Shown here one piece after another: positions 13,327 to 25,276 of a stretch of 64,000 nucleotides of DNA (positions within the stretch are counted from its first letter, which is position 1; each line of letters begins with the position of its first letter). The notes beneath the pieces were generated by a model. That model was not told the origin of the DNA. It worked only from the letters and a program-made list of their open reading frames with translations, and made no database searches. The DNA is from Malacoraja senta (lineage: Eukaryota): NCBI GenBank assembly GCA_038087875.1, contig CM075988.1:19408001-19472000 (forward strand). Reading direction: 5' to 3'. The position numbers and the translations under genes were made by a program.

Positions 13327-13404
13327 GATACTGTGCCCCTAAACACAAAGTGCTGGAGGAACTAAGCAGGTCAGGCAGCATCTATGGAGGGAGATGAACA
13401 AAGG

Positions 13405-13550
13405 TGTAGGAAGGAACTGCAGATGCTGGTTTAAACCGAAGATGGACACAGTCTGAAGAAGGGTCTTGACCCGATACCACCTATTCCTTTTCTCCAGAGA
13501 TGCTGTCTGACCCAATGAGTTACTGCAGCTTTTTGGGGTCCATCTTAAGT
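13405..13550. mobile_element. PLE-derived mini-element nested in an older PLE-derived palindrome (13340..13620); copy 2 at 51367..51512
   Basis: TSD tgaacaaagg at 13395..13404 and 13551..13560. Contains ctgaagaagggtcttgacccgata, a degenerate hammerhead core. Confidence 0.75.
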
Positions 13551-13757
13551 TGAACAAAGGTCCTGACCTGTAACATCATCTGCCCATTCCCTCCACAGAC
13601 GCTGTTTGACCCGCAGAACACTTAAGGTTTTAGTTTAAGAAAGAACTGCAGATGCTGGAAAAATGGAAGGTAAACAAAAATGCTGGAGGAACTCAGCGGG
13701 TGAGGCAGCATCTATGGAGAGAAGGAATAGGCGACGTTTCGAGTCAAGACCCTTCTA

Positions 13758-14074
13758 AGTTTAGTTTAGTTTAATTTAGTTTAGAGATACAGCGCGGAAA
13801 CAGGCACTTTGGCCCACCGAGTCCGCGCCGACCAGCAATCCCCGCACACTAACACTATCCAACACACACTAGGGACAACTTACAATTTTACAAAGCCAAT
13901 TAGCCTACAAACCTGTACGTCTTTGCAGTGTAGGAGGAAACTGGAGCTCCTGGAGAAAAAACATGTAGGTCACAGGAAGAACGTACAAACTGCATACAGA
14001 CAGCCCCCTTTAGTCATGTTCGAACCAAGTTTTCTGGGGCTGTAAGGCAGCAACTCTACTGCTGCACCACACTG
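13758..14074 (-). mobile_element. tRNA-derived V-SINE (HE1-like); copy 2 near 51720..52036
   Basis: (tttag)n tail on the plus strand, followed by the reverse complement of the SINE body and tRNA head. Confidence 0.82.
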
Positions 14075-14306
14075 CCTTGAACCGCCCATTTTCTACAAGA
14101 TTCCAGCATCTGTGTTCCCTTGTGTCTCCAAGAATATGAGCCTCGTTCACTTCCCAGCACAATGCGCAAATCCTTCTCTTCGCTCAACTAACCACCAAAA
14201 AACTTTGGGAGTTGAGAGTTCAAGGGATTTACAACCCCCTTGGTAAGGTTCCTCCTAAATGGCTGGATTCTGTTTGCATTTCCACACTAGACTTGAGACA
14301 CCAATT

Positions 14307-14636
14307 CAGTTTAGTTTAGAGATACAGCATGGAAACAAGGCTCTTTAGCCCACCCATGTCCACGCCGACCTATTCACACCAGTTCTATATTATCCCATCC
14401 TATTTCACATCCTATTCCGTTCACACAAGGGGGCAATTTTACAGAGGCTAATTCATCTACCCTCACACACGTCTTTGGGATGTGGGAGGAAACCACAGCA
14501 CCCGGAGGAAACCCACGTCCCACGCAGTCACAGGAAGAATGTGTAAATTCCACACAGACAGCACACAAGGTCAGAATCAAGCCCGGGTCTCAGGTGCAGT
14601 GAAGCAGGAGCTCTACCAGCTGAGCTACTGTGCACC
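14307..14636 (-). mobile_element. Older tRNA-derived V-SINE; copy 2 near 52269..52598
   Basis: Reverse-complement SINE tail, V-domain-like core (tgtgtggaatttacacattcttcctgtg) and tRNA-like head. Confidence 0.75.
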
Positions 14637-15269
14637 CACTAATTTCTCATAACCATAATTATCATTTCCTTTTACATGCAAAAAGCAAAGGCGGGAGGAA
14701 CTCTGCGGGTCAGGCTGTATCTGTGGAGGGAATGATGTTTCGGGTCGGGACACTTCAGATTTGAGTTTGTCCATTCCCTCCGCAGATGCTGCCTGAAACG
14801 TTGAGTTTCTCCAGCACTGTGTGTTTATTTGGTCAAAATTCCAGCATCTGCAGTTTTCTTGCCGGTGGTTCCTTTCACAGCTTTATTACCTTTGATGCAG
14901 CTGCATGAATAACAACTTTGCACAAAATCATTGCACAATATTCTGAAATAATGAAGAATGTGTTCCATGGAGCAGATTTGACAGGGTGCCTAAATGTGTA
15001 TTTTTTGAGTGGATGGTTGGTGATTTGTAAAGGCTTTGCTGAGCTATTCTCTACAAGGAGGCTCAGAATGCGAGAGAATAGAGAATTAACACTACACCTC
15101 ACTCAGTTGGCCTTGGCCTTACCTTAACCCTCCCACCCTTGTATCTCAACAATGAAAATTCTTGTATGAAATACTGTAGAACATGAACATGAGTAATGGC
15201 GTGATGGCTGAGTGAAATATTTCATTGCACTTTCGGTGTGTAGCTTGAATCAAAAGGCATTTCACAACA

Positions 15270-15486
15270 AACGATGCACAATGTCTACAGTAACTCAGTA
15301 GGTCAGGCAGCATCTCTGGAGGACATGAAGAGACGATGCTTCGGGTCGGGACCCTTGTTCAGGCTGATTGCAAGAAAGCTGGAACAAAGGTGAGGGCAGG
15401 ACAAAGCGTGACAAGTGATAGGTGGATACAAGTGAGGCGGGTGGGTTGATGGTTGGTCAAAGACCAGAGATGAAAAGCCAAAAGGC
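15270..15486 (-). mobile_element. Old PLE 3' terminus, left part (split by a CR1 insertion)
   Basis: aactcagtaggtcaggcagcatctctggag...ttcgggtcgggacccttgttcag is the antisense PLE terminal repeat; it continues at 18763. Confidence 0.65.
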
Positions 15487-15948
15487 GGTGGAACAGCAAT
15501 GGCAGGAATTTCTGGGCATAATCCGGAAGACGCAGGATCATTTCATTCCAAAAACGAAGAAAGATTCTAAGGGGAGTAGGAGGCAACCGTGGCTGACAAG
15601 ACAAGTTAGGGATAGAATAAAACTAAAAGAAAAGATGTATAACACAGCAAAGAGTAGCTGGAAGCCAGAGGATTGGGAAACTTTCATAGGACAACAGAAG
15701 GAAACAAAACGGGCAATACGGGCTGAAAAGATGAAGTACGAGGGGAAGCTGGCCAGGAATATAAAGAAGGACAGTAAAAGCTTCTTTAGATATGTTAAGG
15801 GAAAAAGAGTAGCAAAGTCAAATGTGGGTCCCTTGAAGGCAGACACGGGTGAAATTATTATGGGCAATAAGGAAATGGCAGAAGAGTTGAATAGGTACTT
15901 CGGATCTGTCTTCACTAAAGAAGACACAAACAATCTCCCAGATGTACT

Positions 15949-16868
15949 CCATCGCAGGTGATAGACTCCTTACCGACATCCACTACAAACCTACCGACTC
16001 CCATGGCTATCTGGACTACACTTCTTCCCACCCTGCTTCCTGTAAGGACTCCATCCCCCACTCCCAATTCCTCCGTCTACGCCGCATCTGCTCCCAGGAT
16101 GAGGCGTTCCACACCAGGGCATCTGAAATGTCCTCATTCTTCAGGGAACGGGGGTTCCCCTCCTCCACCATAGATGAGGCTCGCACCAGGGTCTCTGCCA
16201 TACCCCGCAACACTGCTCTCTCTCCCCATCCCCCCACTCACAACAAAGGCAGAGTCCCCCTAGTCCTCACCTTTCACCCCACCAGCCGTCACATACAACA
16301 AGTGATCCTCCGTCAGTTTCGCCACCTCCAACGTGACCCCACCACTCGCCACATCTTCCCATCTCCCCCTATGTCTGCCTTCCGCAAAGACCGCTCCCTC
16401 CGTAACTCCCTTGTCAATTCTTCCCTTCCCTCCCATACCACCCCCTCCCCTGGTACTTTCCCTTGCAACCGCAAGAGATGCAACACTTGTCCCTTCACTT
16501 CCCCCCTCCACTCCATTCCAGGACCCAAGCAGTCGTTCCAGGTGCGACAGAGGTTCACCTGCATCTCCTCCAACCTCATCTATTGCATTCGCTGCTCTAG
16601 ATGCCAGCTGATCTACATCGGTGAGACCAAGCGGAGGCTTGGCGATCGTTTCGCCGAACACCTCCGGTCGGTCCGCAATAACCAACCTGAACTCCCGGTG
16701 GCTCAGCACTTCAACTCCCCCTCCCATTCCGTATCTGACCTCTCTGTCCTGGGTCTCCTCCATGGCCACAGCGAGCAACACCGTAAATTGGAGGAAATGC
16801 ACCTCATATTCCGCTTGGGCAGTCTACACCCTGGTGGCCTGAACGTTGAATTCTCCCAATTCTGCTAG
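15949..16868 (+). pseudogene. Uninterrupted C-terminal part of the PLE ORF: RT thumb, Cys-rich linker and GIY-YIG endonuclease
   Basis: TDIHYKPTDSHGYLDYTSSHP, SQFLRLRRICS, FPCNRKRCNTC, NLIYCIRCSRCQLIYIGETKRRLGDRFAEH, VAQHF, GLN. The ATG at 15942 comes from the target site. Confidence 0.9.
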
Positions 16869-16982
16869 CCCTGGCTGTCCCCTCCCCTTCATCAGCCATC
16901 TGGTTGTCTCCTCCCCTCCCCCAACCCTCGGGCTCCTCCTCCTCCTTTTCCTTTTTTCCTTTCTTCTCCCCACCCCCTATCA

Positions 16983-17014
16983 GTCTGAAGAAGGGTTTCG
17001 GCCCGAAACGTTAC
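16983..17014 (+). ncRNA. Minimal type I hammerhead ribozyme-like motif in the PLE terminal repeat
   Basis: GU-CUGAAGA-A-GGG(UUUCGG)CCC-GAAA-CG-UU-AC: conserved CUGANGA and GAAA boxes, a stem II, and palindromic AACGUU in place of stem III. Stem I is only about 2 bp. Confidence 0.65.
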
Positions 17015-18762
17015 CTATTTCCTTCGCTCCATAGATGCTGCTGCACCCGCTGAGTTTCTCCAGCATTTTTGTGTCCCAGATGTACTGGAGGACAGAGGAT
17101 CTAAGGGGGTAGAGGAACTGAAAGAAATTTTCATTAGGCGAGAAATAGTATTGGGTAGGCTAATGGGACTGAAGGATGATAAATCCCCTGGGCCTGATAG
17201 TCTGCATCCCAGGGTCCTCAGGGAGGTGGCTCTAGAAATAGTGGACACATTGGTGATCATTTTCCAATGTTCAATAGATTCAGGATCAGTTCCTGTGGAT
17301 TGGAGGATAGCTAATGTTATCCCACTTTTCAAGAAAGGAGCGAGAGAGAAAACGTGGAATTACAGACCAGTTAGCCTGACTTCGGTGGTGGGAAAGATGC
17401 TGGAGTCAATTATTAAAGAGGTAATAATGGGGCATTTGGATAGCAGTAAAAGGATTAGTCCAAGTCAACATGGATTTATGAAAGGGAAATCATGCTTGAC
17501 TAATCTTCTGGAATTTTTTGAGGATGTGACAAGTGAAATGGATGAAGGGGTGCCAGTGCATGTAGTGTATCTACACTTTCAGAAAGCCTTTGATAAGGTC
17601 CCGCACGGGAGACTGGTGACTAAAATTAGAGCACATGGTATTGGGGGTAGGTTGTTGACATGGATAGAAAATTGGTTGGCAGGCAAAGAGTAGGAGTGAA
17701 CGGGTCCTTTTCAGAATGGCAGGCAGTGGCGAGTGGAGTGCCGCAAGGCTCGGTGTTGAGGCCGCAACTGTTTACCATATATATTAATGATTTGGAAGAG
17801 GGAATTAGGAGCAACACTAGCAAGTTTGCAGATGACACAAAGCTGGGTGACAGTGTGAACTGTGAAGAGGATGTTAGGAGGTTGCAGGGTGACCTGGACA
17901 GGTTGAGTGAGTGGGCAGATGCGTGGCAGATGCAGTATAATATAGATAAATGTGAGGTTATCCACTTTGGCGGCAAAAACAAGGGGGCAGATTATTATCT
18001 CAATGGGGTTAGGTTAGGTAAGGGGGAGGTACAGCGAGACCTGGGTGTCCTTGTACACCAGTCACTGAAAGTTGGCGTGCAGGTACAACAGGCAGTGAAG
18101 AAAGCTAATGGATGTTGGCCTTCATAACAAGAGGATTTCAGTATAGGAGTAAAGAGGTTCTTCTGCAGTTGTATAGGGCTCTGGTGAGACCACATCTGGA
18201 GTATTGTGTACAGTTTTGGTCTCCTAATTTGAGGAAGGACTTCCTTGTGATTGAGGCAGTGCAGCGTAGGTTCACGAGATTGATCCCTGGGATGGCGGGA
18301 CTATCATATGAGGAAAGATTGAAAAGACTAGGCTTGTATTCACTGGAGTTTAGAAGGATGAGGGGGAATCTTATAGAGACATATAAAATTATAAAAGGAC
18401 TGGGCAAGCTAGATGCAGCAAAAAATGTTCCCAATGTTGGGCGAGTCCAGAACCAGGGGCCACAGTCTTAGAATAAAGGGGAGGTCATTTAAGACTGTTG
18501 AGAAAAAACTTTTTCACCCAGAGAGTTGTGAATTTATGGAATTCCCTGCCACAGAGGGCAGTGGAGGCCAAATCACTGGATGGATTTAAGAGAGAGTTAG
18601 ATAGAGCCCTAGGGGCTAGTGGAGTCAAGGGATATGGGGAGAAGGCAGGCACGGGTTATTGATGGGGGACGATCAGCCATGATCACAATGAATGGCGGTG
18701 CTGGCTCGAAGGGCTGAATGGCCTCCTCCTGCACCTATTTTCTATGTTTCTATGTTTCTATG

Positions 18763-19035
18763 AGATAAGAAGAAAATGAAAGGAAATGTGAAGTCAGAAA
18801 AAAAAGGGCAAAGTTTGAAGGGGATGGGAAGAAGGGGAAAGGGGGGAGTGGGATTGTGGAAGAAAATGGGTGCACATCCAGGAGGGGCACAGGGAAGAGG
18901 GGGAGGAAAATGGGGGGGGGGGGAGGTATTTGTAGGTTAGGTACCTAAAATTGGAGATTTCACTATTTATACCATTGGGTTATAGGTAACACAATGGGAT
19001 GAGGTACTGTACCCCCAGTTTGATATGTCCTCACA
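18763..19035 (-). mobile_element. Old PLE 3' region, right part (degenerate end of the endonuclease ORF)
   Basis: The reverse complement caaactgggggtacagtacctcat...cccaatggtataaatagtgaaatctccaatttt aligns by eye with the PLE C-terminus KLEEMHLIFRLGSLHPGGLNVEFSQF at 16786..16868. Confidence 0.65.
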
Positions 19036-19479
19036 GCATTACTCTAGTGTACAGAGAATATAGTGTAACATAGAAGTGGTGTGAACAGGTGATCTATAGC
19101 CCAAAAACGGAGACCTCTACCAGCCAAGGATTTAGGATAGTAGGTAAAAGGGAAAACACTATCTTCAGGTTCCCAATTCAATTCCAACTCAATCTCCATC
19201 CTGTAGTAAAATATTACTGTAAGTAGTAAAAAAAAAGTACAGGTACAGTAATGGAATAAGTGAATGAGGTAACGTTAAGAGTAAGAGTTAAGAGCTACTG
19301 TTGTAATACGGCAGTGGTTTTATGGGAGTACGTGCCAGTAGGGCATGCCAGCACCTCTAAAAAGATGAGTTGAATGGCCTTATAATCTTGGTGAAACATG
19401 GCACGATATTTATCATTGATGGTCAAACTGGGTCTTCTTTCGCTTGCGGAGGTGAGGCTGAAGGGTGACTAGCAGTCTT

Positions 19480-20725
19480 GCACGTGGGAGTTCTTGTCTC
19501 ACAAATCTGATTAGAATTTTTTGAAGATGTGACCAAAAAGGTCGATGAGGGCAGAGCTGTAGATGTTGTGTACATGGATTTCAGTAAGTCATTCGACAAG
19601 GTTCCGCATGGTATGCTGCTCTGGAAGGTTAGATCGCATGGGATCCAAGGAGAGACAGCTGAATGGATAGCAAATTGGCTCCATGGAAGGAAGCAGAGGG
19701 TGATGGTGGAAGGTTGCTTCTCAGACTGGAGGCCTGTGACTAGTGGTGTACCTCAGGGTTTGGTGCTGAACCCGTTACTGTTTGTCATCTACATCAATGA
19801 TTTGGATGAGACCATTCAGGACAAGATTAGCAAGTTTGCTGAAGATACAAAAGTGAGTGGTTTTGCAGATAGTGAAGATGGTTGTGAAAGATTGCAGCAG
19901 GATCTCGATCGATTGGCCAGGTGGGCAGAGGAATGGTTGATGGAATTTAATACAGAGAGGTGTTGCATTTTGGGATGTCGAACAAGGGCAGGAACTACAC
20001 AGGTAGGCCTCTGAGTAGTGTTGTAGAGCAGAGGGATCTAGGAGTACAGGTGCATGGTTCCTTGAAGTTCGAGTCACAGGTAGATAAGGTGGTCAAAAAG
20101 GCTTTTGGCACATTGGCCTTCATCAGTATTGAGCAGAGAAGTTGGGAGGTCATGTTGCAGTTGTATAAGACATTGGTGAGCGCATTTAGAATATTGTGTT
20201 CAGTTCTGGGCATCATGTTATAGGGAAGATGTTGTGAAGCTTGAAAGGGTTCAGAAAAGATTTACGAGGATGTTGCCAGGGCTAGAGGGTGTGAGCTAGA
20301 GGGAGAGGTTGAGTAGACTGGGTCTCTATTCCATGGAGCACAGGAGGATGAGGGGGAATCTTATAGAGGTGCACAAAATGATGAGAGGAATAGATCGGGT
20401 AGATGCACAGAGTCTTTTACCCAGAGTAGGGGAATCAAGGACCAGAAGACGTAGGTTCAAGGTGAAGGGGAAAAGATTTAATAGGAATCTGAGGGGTAAC
20501 TTTTTCACAAACAAGCTGCCAGAGATGGTAGTTGAGGCTGCGACTATCCCATCGCTTAAGAAACAGTTAGACAGGTACATGGATAGGACAGGTTTGGAGG
20601 GATATGGACCAAACGCAGGCAAGTGGACCAGTGTAGCTGGGACATTGTTGGCCGGTGTTGGCAAGTTGGGCCGAAGGGCCTGTTTCCACACTGTATCACT
20701 CCATGCCTCTATGACTTTGACTCTA
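19480..20725 (+). mobile_element. 5'-truncated CR1 LINE (second subfamily), RT plus 3' UTR
   Basis: YMDFSKSFDKVPH, SGVPQG and KFAEDTK motifs; tail gggccgaagggcctgtttcc shared with the SINEs. Confidence 0.9.
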
Positions 20726-21715
20726 ACATGAAAAGGTTTGATGGGACAGATAGGAGAAAGAGATAGATCAATCATGATTGAATTGCGGAGTAGACTTGAT
20801 GGGCCAAATGGTGTAATTCTGCACCTATTACTTATGACCTTATGGATGCAGAGATGTTTCCAGGTGTGGGGTAGTGTATAACTCGAGGCTGTCAATGGAA
20901 AAGGGTCACCAAGACATATGACAGGGAATTTAGTACGTCCTTACCAAAGAACAGGGAGAATGTGAAGTATGCTTGTACAGGGAATGATCGAGGTGAATAA
21001 TGTGGTCACATGAAAGGGAGACTGGATGAGCAAGTAACTGAACAGGGAGCAGAGGATCACAGTTATAGGTTTAAGTGAGGAAGGAATGGGAGAGTGCAGC
21101 GTAAATGCCAGCACACTCTAATCGTGCCGTGTGCCCTGTGATTTTAGCAATCTCATCTCCTGGGTCAAGGTAAAATCAGTTTGAGCAGATAATGACAGAA
21201 TTTTCTGCAGAGGAGGCAGATTGCCAGAGAGTATCTATGAGCGATCTCTGCAACAGGCAGCTGTAACATCAATGAACATCAGTAACACGGCTGTGCAGGA
21301 TGTGAGTTACAGCTGATATCAGCCAGAGAGGAAGTAACACTGATCAATTTAAGCCCCGCTTACTTATCACGCAACTGCTAATATACGCGATTCCACACTG
21401 ACATTTTATCTAAAGTATTCTTCAGTCTTAGACGCTTAGAGTCGTTTGTTGAACTCAGGACTTAGTTTTTTGCACCAGTGTTACGGTTATTAATTTCTTG
21501 AATTTATTATATATTATATATATTATACATTATTATACATATGTGGGTATTAAATATATGGGCCAACAAAAATGCCACAAGTGAGAAATTCATTGTACTG
21601 TTTTCATTAAAAATTACAATTGATTCTTCAATGTTAGAACCATAGTTTCATACAGCACAGAACCAGGCCCTTCGACCCAACTCGTCTTGCCAACCAAGGG
21701 ACACCTAAGCTAGTC

Positions 21716-22302
21716 AGGGGAAGGCAGCAGCAGCCAAGTTCATGGCACCATGGATGGCTCTGCGGCACAGGAGGGGAGGAAAAAGAGTGGAAGGGCCATA
21801 GTAATAGGGGGGTTCAATTGTAAGGAGAATAGATAGGCGTTTCTGCGGCCGCAAACGAGACTCCAGGATGGTATGTTGCCTCCCTGGTGCAAGGGTCAGG
21901 GATGTCACTGAACGGCTGCAGAACATTCTGGAGGGGGAGGGTGAACAGCCAGCTGTCGTGGTGCACATTGGCACCAACGATATAGGTAAAAAAGGGGATG
22001 AGGTCCTACAAGGCGAATTTAGGGAGCTAGGAGATAAACTTAAAAGTAGGACCTCAAAGGTAATAATCTCTGGATTATTGCCAGTGCCACGTGCCAGTCA
22101 GAGTAGAAATAGGAGAACATTGGAGATGAATACGTGGCTTGAAAAATAGTGCAAAGGGGAGGGATTCAAATTTCTAGGGCATTGGAACCAGTTCTGTGGG
22201 AGGTGGGACCAGTACAAACAGGACGGTCTGCACCTGGGCTGGAATGGAACCAATGTCCTTGGGGGAGTGTTTGCTAGTGCTGTCAGGGAGGATTTAAACT
22301 AA
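21716..22302 (+). pseudogene. CR1 ORF1 C-terminal SGNH/GDSL esterase-like domain (premature stop at 22147)
   Basis: VIGGSIVR, CLPGARV, VVHIGTND and DGLHL motifs. The ORF1 stop overlaps the ORF2 start as TAATG at 22300..22304. Confidence 0.85.
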
Positions 22303-25276
22303 TGTGGCAGGGGAATGGGAGCATGAGTAGAGAGACAGACGGGTGTAAAATGAGGGTAGAAGCAACAGGTAGCAAGGTGAAAAGTAAAAGTGGCAGGCAG
22401 AAAAATCCAGGGCAAAAATCAAAAAGGGCCACTTTTCAACATAATTGTATAAGGGGTAAGAGTGTTGTAAAAACAAGCCTGAAGGCTTTGTGTCTCAATG
22501 CAAGGAGCATTCGTAATAAGGTGGATGAGTTGAATGTGCAGATAGTTATTAATGAATATGATATAGTTGGGATCACGGAGACATGGCTCCAGGGTGACCA
22601 AGGCTGCGAGCTGAACATCCAGGGATATTCAATATTCAGGAGGGATAGACAGAAAGGAAAAGGAGGTGGCGCAGCGTTGCTGGTTAGAGAGAAGATTAAC
22701 GCAATAGAAAGGAAGGACATTAGCTTGGAGGATGTGGAATCGATATGGGTAGAGCTACGAAACACTAAGGGGCAGAAAACGCTAGTGGGAGTTGTGTACA
22801 GGCCACCTAACAGTAGTAGTGGAGTTGGGGATGGCATCAAACAGGAAATTAGAAATGCGTGCAACAAAGCTAAAACAGTTATAATGGGTGACTTCAATCT
22901 ACATATAGATTGGGTGAATCAAATTGGCAGGGGTGCTGAGGAAGAGGATTTCTTGGAATGTATGCAGGATAGTTTTCTAAACCAACATGTAGAGGAACCA
23001 ACGAGAGAACAGGCTATTCTAGACTGGGTATTGAGTAATGAGGAAGGGTTGGTTAGCAGTCTTGTTGTGCTTGGGCAAGAGTGACCATAATATGGTTGAG
23101 TTCTTCATTAGGATGGAAAGTGACATCGTTAATTCAGAAACAAGGGTTCTGAACTTAAAGAAGGGTAACTTTGAGGGTATGAGACATGAATTGGCCAAGA
23201 TAGACTGGCAAGTGATTCTTAAAGGGTTGATGGTGGATATGCAATGGAAGCAATTTAAAGACTGCATGGATGAACTACAACAATTGTTCATCCCAGTTTG
23301 GCAAAAGAATAAATCAGGGAAGGTAGCGCATCCGTGGATAACAAGGGAAATCAGGGATAGTATCAAACCAAAAGATGAAGCATACAAATTAGCCAGAAAA
23401 AGCAGCCTACCAGAGGACTGGGAGAAATTCAGTCCAGCAGAGGAGGACAAAGGGCTTAATTAGGAAAGGGAAAATAGATTATGAAAAAAAACTGGCATGG
23501 AACATAAAAACTGACTGCAAAAGCTTTTATAGATATGTGAAAAGAAAAGGATTAGTTAAAACAAATGTAGGTCCCTTGCAGTCAGAAACTGGTGAATTGA
23601 TCATGGGGAACAAGGATATGGCAGACCAATTGAATAACTACTTTGGTTCTGTCTTCACTAAGGAAGATATAAATAATCTGCCGGAAATAGCAGGGGACCG
23701 GGGGTCAAATGAGATGGAGGAACTGAGTGAAATCCCGGTTAGCCGGGAAGTGGTGTTAGGTAAATTGAATGGATTAAAGGCCGATAAATCCCCAGGGCCA
23801 GACAGGCTGCATCCCAGAGTAGTTAAGGAAGTTGCCCCAGAAATAGTGGATGCATTAGTGATAACTTTTCAGAACTCTTTAGATTCTGGAGTAGTTCCTG
23901 AGGATTGGAGGGTAGCTAATGTTACCCCACTTTTTAAAAAGGGAGGGAGAGAGAAAATGGGGAATTACAGACCAGTTAGTCTAACATCGGTTGTGCGGAA
24001 GCTGCTAGAGTCAGTTATTAAAGATGGGATAGCAGCACATTTGGAAAGTGGTGAAATCATTGGACAGTCAGCATGGATTTATGAAAGGTAAATCATGTCT
24101 GACGAATCTTATAGAATTTTTCGAGGATGTAACCAGTAGAGTGGATAAGGGAGAACCAGTGGATGTATTATATCTGGACTTTCAGAAGGCTTTCGACAAG
24201 GTCCCACATAAGAGATTAGTATGCAAACTTAAAGCACACGGTATTGGGGGTTCAGTATTGATGTGGATAGAGAATTGGCTGGCAGACAGGAAGCAAAGAG
24301 TAGGAGTAAACGGGTCCTTTTCAGAATGGCAGGCAGTGACTAGTGGGGCACCGCAAGGCTCAGTGCTGGGACCCCAGCTATTTACAATGTATGTTAATGA
24401 TCTGGGTGAGGGAATTGAATGCAACATCTCCAAGTTTGCGGATGACACGAAGCTGGGGGGCAGTGTTAGCTGTGAGGAGGATGCTAGGAGGCTGCAAGGT
24501 GACTTGGATAGGTTGGGTGAGTGGGCAAATGCATGGCAGATGCAGTATAATGTGGATAAATGTGAGGTTATCCACTTTGGCGGCAAAAACAGGAAAGTAG
24601 ACTATTATTTGAATGGTGGCCGATTAGGAAAAGGGGAGATGCAACGAGATCTGGGTTTCATGATACACCAGTCATTGAAAGTATGCATGCAGGTGCAGCA
24701 GGCAGTGAAGAAAGCGAATGGTATGTTAGCATTCATAGCAAAAGGATTTGAGTATAGGAGCAGGGAGTTTCTACTACAGTTGTACAGGGTCTTGGTGAGA
24801 CCACACCTGGTGTATTGCGTACAGTTTTGGTCACCAAATCTGAGGAAATACATTCTTGCCATAGAGGGAGTACAGAGAAGGTTCACCAGACTGATTCCTG
24901 GGATGGCAGGACTTTCATATGAAGAAAAACTGGATAGACTCGGCTTGTACTCGCTAGAATTTAGAAGATTGAGGGGGGGATCTTATAGAAACTTACAAGA
25001 TTCTTAAGGGGTTGGACAGGCTAGATGCAGGAAGATTGTTCCCCGATGTTGGGGAAGTCCAGAACAAGGGGTCACAGTTTAAGGATAAGGGGGAAGTCTT
25101 TTAGGACCGAGATGAGAAAATATTTTTTCACACAGAGAGTGGTGAATCTGTGGAATTCTCTGCCACAGAAGGTAGTTGAGGCCAGTTCATTGGCTATATT
25201 TAAGAGGGAGTTAGATGTGGCCCTTGTGGCTAAAGGGATCAGGGGGTATGGAGAGAAGGCAGGTACAGGATACTGA
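22302..25276 (+). pseudogene. CR1 ORF2 (APE endonuclease plus reverse transcriptase), frameshifted
   Basis: LNARSIRNK, VGITETWL, MGDFN, SDHN, NYRPVSLTS, PQGSVLGP and FADDTKL motifs split over several frames. Confidence 0.92.

Larger units (their letters stand above)
15949..17073 (+). mobile_element. 5'-truncated Penelope-like element (Neptune type), 13-bp TSD
   Basis: TSD tcccagatgtact at 15936..15948 and 17074..17086. The empty site is visible in copy 2 (about 53898..53910). Encodes the RT C-terminus/thumb and a GIY-YIG endonuclease. Confidence 0.95.
15487..18762 (+). mobile_element. 5'-truncated CR1 LINE (ORF2 linker, RT, 3' UTR) interrupted by a PLE insertion
   Basis: KSPGPDSLHP, NYRPVSLTS, SGVPQGSVL and KFADDTKL motifs; (tttctatg)3 tail. 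The 5' boundary is approximate. Confidence 0.93.

Noticed and set aside
15942..16868. Stand-alone 308-aa GIY-YIG nuclease gene
   Set aside because: The ATG comes from the target-site duplication; this is a 5'-truncated PLE with no promoter evidence.
20326..24886. Antisense ORFs of 100-190 aa over CR1 elements
   Set aside because: Shadow frames of LINE coding sequence.
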